Positions 61,286 to 64,000 of a stretch of 64,000 nucleotides of DNA are shown one piece after another. How positions within the stretch are numbered: position 1 is the stretch's first letter; each line of letters starts with the position of its first letter. Under the pieces are notes generated by a model, which worked only from the letters and a program-made list of their open reading frames with translations, did no database searches and was not told the DNA's origin. This DNA comes from a bacterium (lineage in GTDB: Bacteria > Patescibacteriota > Minisyncoccia > JBBINA01): contig JBBINA010000002.1 of the NCBI GenBank assembly GCA_037444125.1, forward strand, positions 6,272 to 70,271. The letters run 5' to 3'. The position numbers and the translations under genes were made by a program.

Positions 61286-62272
61286 TTATATTATTTCTAT
61301 CTCCACTTCCGGTTCAAATCCAAATTCAGTTAAAAATTTATCTTTAACTCTAGCAATCAAGTCCAAAATATCACGAGCTTTTGCGCCTCCAGTATTAATA
61401 ATAAAATTTGCATGCTTAAGAGATATTTGAGCGCCTCCACTTTTAAAACCTGTTAGATTAAATCTATTTATTATATAACCAATTGGAATTTTGCCATACC
61501 ACTTTTTCTCCACATTCACCTTTAAGTCAGGCCACTTATTTAAAATAATCTCCACATTTTTTTTATCTCTGATATTTTTAAAAACCGAACCGCAATTTGG
61601 ATAATCTAGGGGGTGATTCTTTAACCTATAAGCTATGTGTTCATAATATTTGTTTTTTGCTTTTGTCAATAAAGACGAACTTAAAGTCTTATTTAATTGT
61701 AAAGTAACATTAATTACCACGCCCTTAGTCTGTTTTACTAAAGAATCCCTGTAGGCAAATCTAATTTCTTTATTAGTTAATGTTTGTCTTTTTACATAAC
61801 CGCCACCATCTTCTCTCCACCAAACAACATCAGCTTCAACAACAACATCTTTTATCTCGCCACCAAAGGCGCCAACATTACCTCTTAAACCGGCTCCAAC
61901 TGTACCCGGAAGTCCACCAGCCCATTCTAAACCAATTAACCCGTTTTTAAAAGAGTATTTTATAATATCATCCAAAATCACTCCGCCAAAAACTACTAAT
62001 TTACCATCTGAACGAAGGGTTATATTTTTTGTTTTATTCTTAATATCAGTAATAGCTATTTGAAACACTAAACCCTTAAACCTCTCGCTGCTAAATAAAA
62101 CATTAGAACCCAAACCAAGCGGCATAATTCTTTCAATTTTATTTTTATAACAAAATTCAAATACTTCTAATATTTCATCGCTGCTATTTACTTTAACAAA
62201 ATATTCAGCAACAACTGGTATCTTATAAAATATCAAATCCCCCAGCTGATAATTTTTATGAATCTCAAGCAT
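61286..62272 (-). CDS. murB: UDP-N-acetylenolpyruvoylglucosamine reductase
   Basis: GLGSNVL, GLPGTVG, NCGSVFKN, KHANF, EPEV. Confidence 0.95.
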   Translation of the reverse strand: MLEIHKNYQLGDLIFYKIPVVAEYFVKVNSSDEILEVFEFCYKNKIERIMPLGLGSNVLFSSERFKGLVFQIAITDIKNKTKNITLRSDGKLVVFGGVILDDIIKYSFKNGLIGLEWAGGLPGTVGAGLRGNVGAFGGEIKDVVVEADVVWWREDGGGYVKRQTLTNKEIRFAYRDSLVKQTKGVVINVTLQLNKTLSSSLLTKAKNKYYEHIAYRLKNHPLDYPNCGSVFKNIRDKKNVEIILNKWPDLKVNVEKKWYGKIPIGYIINRFNLTGFKSGGAQISLKHANFIINTGGAKARDILDLIARVKDKFLTEFGFEPEVEIEII

Positions 62273-62313
62273 TTAATCAAATATCATCGTTACAATTAAG
62301 AAGAATTCAAAAG

Positions 62314-63102
62314 TTATTGGCAAAGCTCAATAAAGAAACTATTAACCAATCTTTGGTATAACTCGTTTGCTGTATATGCTCTCCAACTATCATCAAGAAA
62401 CTCCTCAGGCAATTGAGGATCTTCTTTTAAAATTGCCAAATACTGAATCTGCCCAAGGAAAGAATGTTTTAAATCTTTAGCCAAACTGAAATTTGTAATA
62501 AACTCGTTATATAAATCATTTACCATCTCAGTTCGCCAAATATTATTGGCGAATTTTTTATAATCAGTAGCTCCAAGAACGTCCCCTTTAAACAAATTAA
62601 CAAAAGATCTATCTATATTAAGTCGGCTCAATGCTCTTAATAAATCTTCAGAGTAATCAAAGACACTAATCCACACTGAATCATGCAATAAACCAAATTT
62701 TCTATCTTTCAAAAATTTCCTCAGGGCTTCTCTTTTTGGCTTTAATTCCTCGGGAATATCAAAAGAAACAAAGTAAAAACAACCATCCCATCTTCTTTTG
62801 CCATAGTACCTAGGTATAATATTCCTAATTCGATTAAAACCTTTTTGGTTTAAAACAAAATTTTCTGATAAATAATCCTTAAAAAAAGATGAAGCTATGC
62901 TCCGCTCGAGCCCAAAATAACCAGTAAATTTTTGAAATAAGTCTTTACGAGATAAATTAAGTTTACTACCTTGCAAAAAAGAATCGAGTATACCAAAAAA
63001 GTAAAGGAACAAATCTATTTTTTTAAATCCTAGACTTCTAGCAACTTCTTCTAAATGAGAACTCTCTGTTAAATTATTCATATAAAATAAATGCGACAGC
63101 AA
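62314..63102 (-). CDS. PaaX-family regulator-like protein
   Basis: WDGCFYFVSFDIPE...REALR...SVWIS central domain; DPQLPEEFL..W C-terminus. Confidence 0.8.
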   Translation of the reverse strand: MLSHLFYMNNLTESSHLEEVARSLGFKKIDLFLYFFGILDSFLQGSKLNLSRKDLFQKFTGYFGLERSIASSFFKDYLSENFVLNQKGFNRIRNIIPRYYGKRRWDGCFYFVSFDIPEELKPKREALRKFLKDRKFGLLHDSVWISVFDYSEDLLRALSRLNIDRSFVNLFKGDVLGATDYKKFANNIWRTEMVNDLYNEFITNFSLAKDLKHSFLGQIQYLAILKEDPQLPEEFLDDSWRAYTANELYQRLVNSFFIELCQ

Positions 63103-63205
63103 TAATTTTTTTATCTGATTTATTCTAAAAAATAAATATGAAAAATCAATATGTTTAGTGCAACTAAAAGTTCAAAAATATAAACTAAACGCGACCGCTT
63201 GAAAA

Positions 63206-64000
63206 TTATATTCCTAGTTTCTTTTTTATGTCCTCAATCATACTGTTCACCATCTCATTATCGGCATTATACTTGGCTATAATCTCTAAGTGTTTTAGCG
63301 CCTCTTGCAAGTTACCTTCCTGATTATATATAAGTGCCAAAATATAACGAGCATCTGAATAATTAGGCAATAATCCTATTGATCTTAATAAATTCTCTTT
63401 TGCCTTTGCTAAATCTTGTTTTTGCCAATAAAGTAGACCCAATTGATAGTAAATCTGTGGATTTGGATTTAAAAGAGCTGAATTTGAATAACTTTGTATT
63501 GCTTTATCGAGCTGGTTACCCAAAACACTAAAATCGCCTAATAAATTATACGCTTGAACAAAAAAAGGCTTAATTTGAAGTGCCTTCTTTAGAAATGCCT
63601 CTCCTCTAGAAATATAACTATTTATTAAAAAACGCAATGATTCATCTTTTTCAATGTTTCTGACTCGCGATAATATCTCTTTGTAGTAACTTCTAGCTAT
63701 AGAATAATTAATCTCAGGATTATTAGTCGAAAAATTTAAAGCGTCATTATAATGTTTTAAAGCTTCATAAAAACTACCATCAGCATAACCAATAATTGAC
63801 TCATAAATAAAACCGGCAAACTGATAATTCAAATAATTTGATGGGTTAAGTTGTATTGCCCGTTTTGCATAAGAAATGGTGTTCTGTAAATAACCAAAAA
63901 CTTCTATATTATTTATATCCTCTTTTTCCTTAGGTGTTGTATTTTCGCTTAATTTTTTAATTCTTTCCAAAGCTAGATTTAGATAAACTAAACTTATTTC
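63206..64000 (-). CDS. TPR-repeat protein, C-terminal part (starts beyond the window)
   Basis: Several TPR motifs (AIQLNP, YYQLG, PNYSDARYILA). Confidence 0.8.
   Translation of the reverse strand, partial: EISLVYLNLALERIKKLSENTTPKEKEDINNIEVFGYLQNTISYAKRAIQLNPSNYLNYQFAGFIYESIIGYADGSFYEALKHYNDALNFSTNNPEINYSIARSYYKEILSRVRNIEKDESLRFLINSYISRGEAFLKKALQIKPFFVQAYNLLGDFSVLGNQLDKAIQSYSNSALLNPNPQIYYQLGLLYWQKQDLAKAKENLLRSIGLLPNYSDARYILALIYNQEGNLQEALKHLEIIAKYNADNEMVNSMIEDIKKKLGI

Noticed and set aside
62314-63102. Cas2 / CRISPR locus
   Set aside because: The FDIPE domain is embedded in a PaaX-type protein; no array or other cas genes seen.

Overview
AT-rich bacterial chromosome segment. Gene content and 16S signatures point to a Patescibacteria/CPR (Parcubacteria-like) organism; this is inference, not a database result. 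The rRNA genes are unlinked: a 23S-5S unit on + (about 4.5-7.8 kb) and a 16S on - (about 23.3-24.9 kb), with tRNA-Ala between them. Other content: surface-glycan genes, mraZ-rsmH-ftsL-ftsI, uppS, a partly decayed ArsR/ArsP/thioredoxin cassette, a two-gene R-M system beside tRNA-Ala, and a lipase with duplicated upstream membrane genes. The rest holds gltX, a type IV pilus cluster, an alpha-glucan cluster, secE-nusG-rplK, cell-wall genes, a membrane-anchored tail-fibre-like protein and an M64-like peptidase cassette. The most interesting signals: (1) a minor pilin fused to Ig/PKD domains and a C-terminal Hint autoprocessing domain after a poly-Gly junction; (2) an HTH-TM-fibre-S74 protein with a module bounded by identical GC-rich 14-mers that may be DNA shuffling sites; (3) a terminator/antiterminator-like leader before the stand-alone 23S gene; (4) repeat-bounded single-gene cassettes with no integrase in view. 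All calls were made by eye; no searches or folding programs were run.
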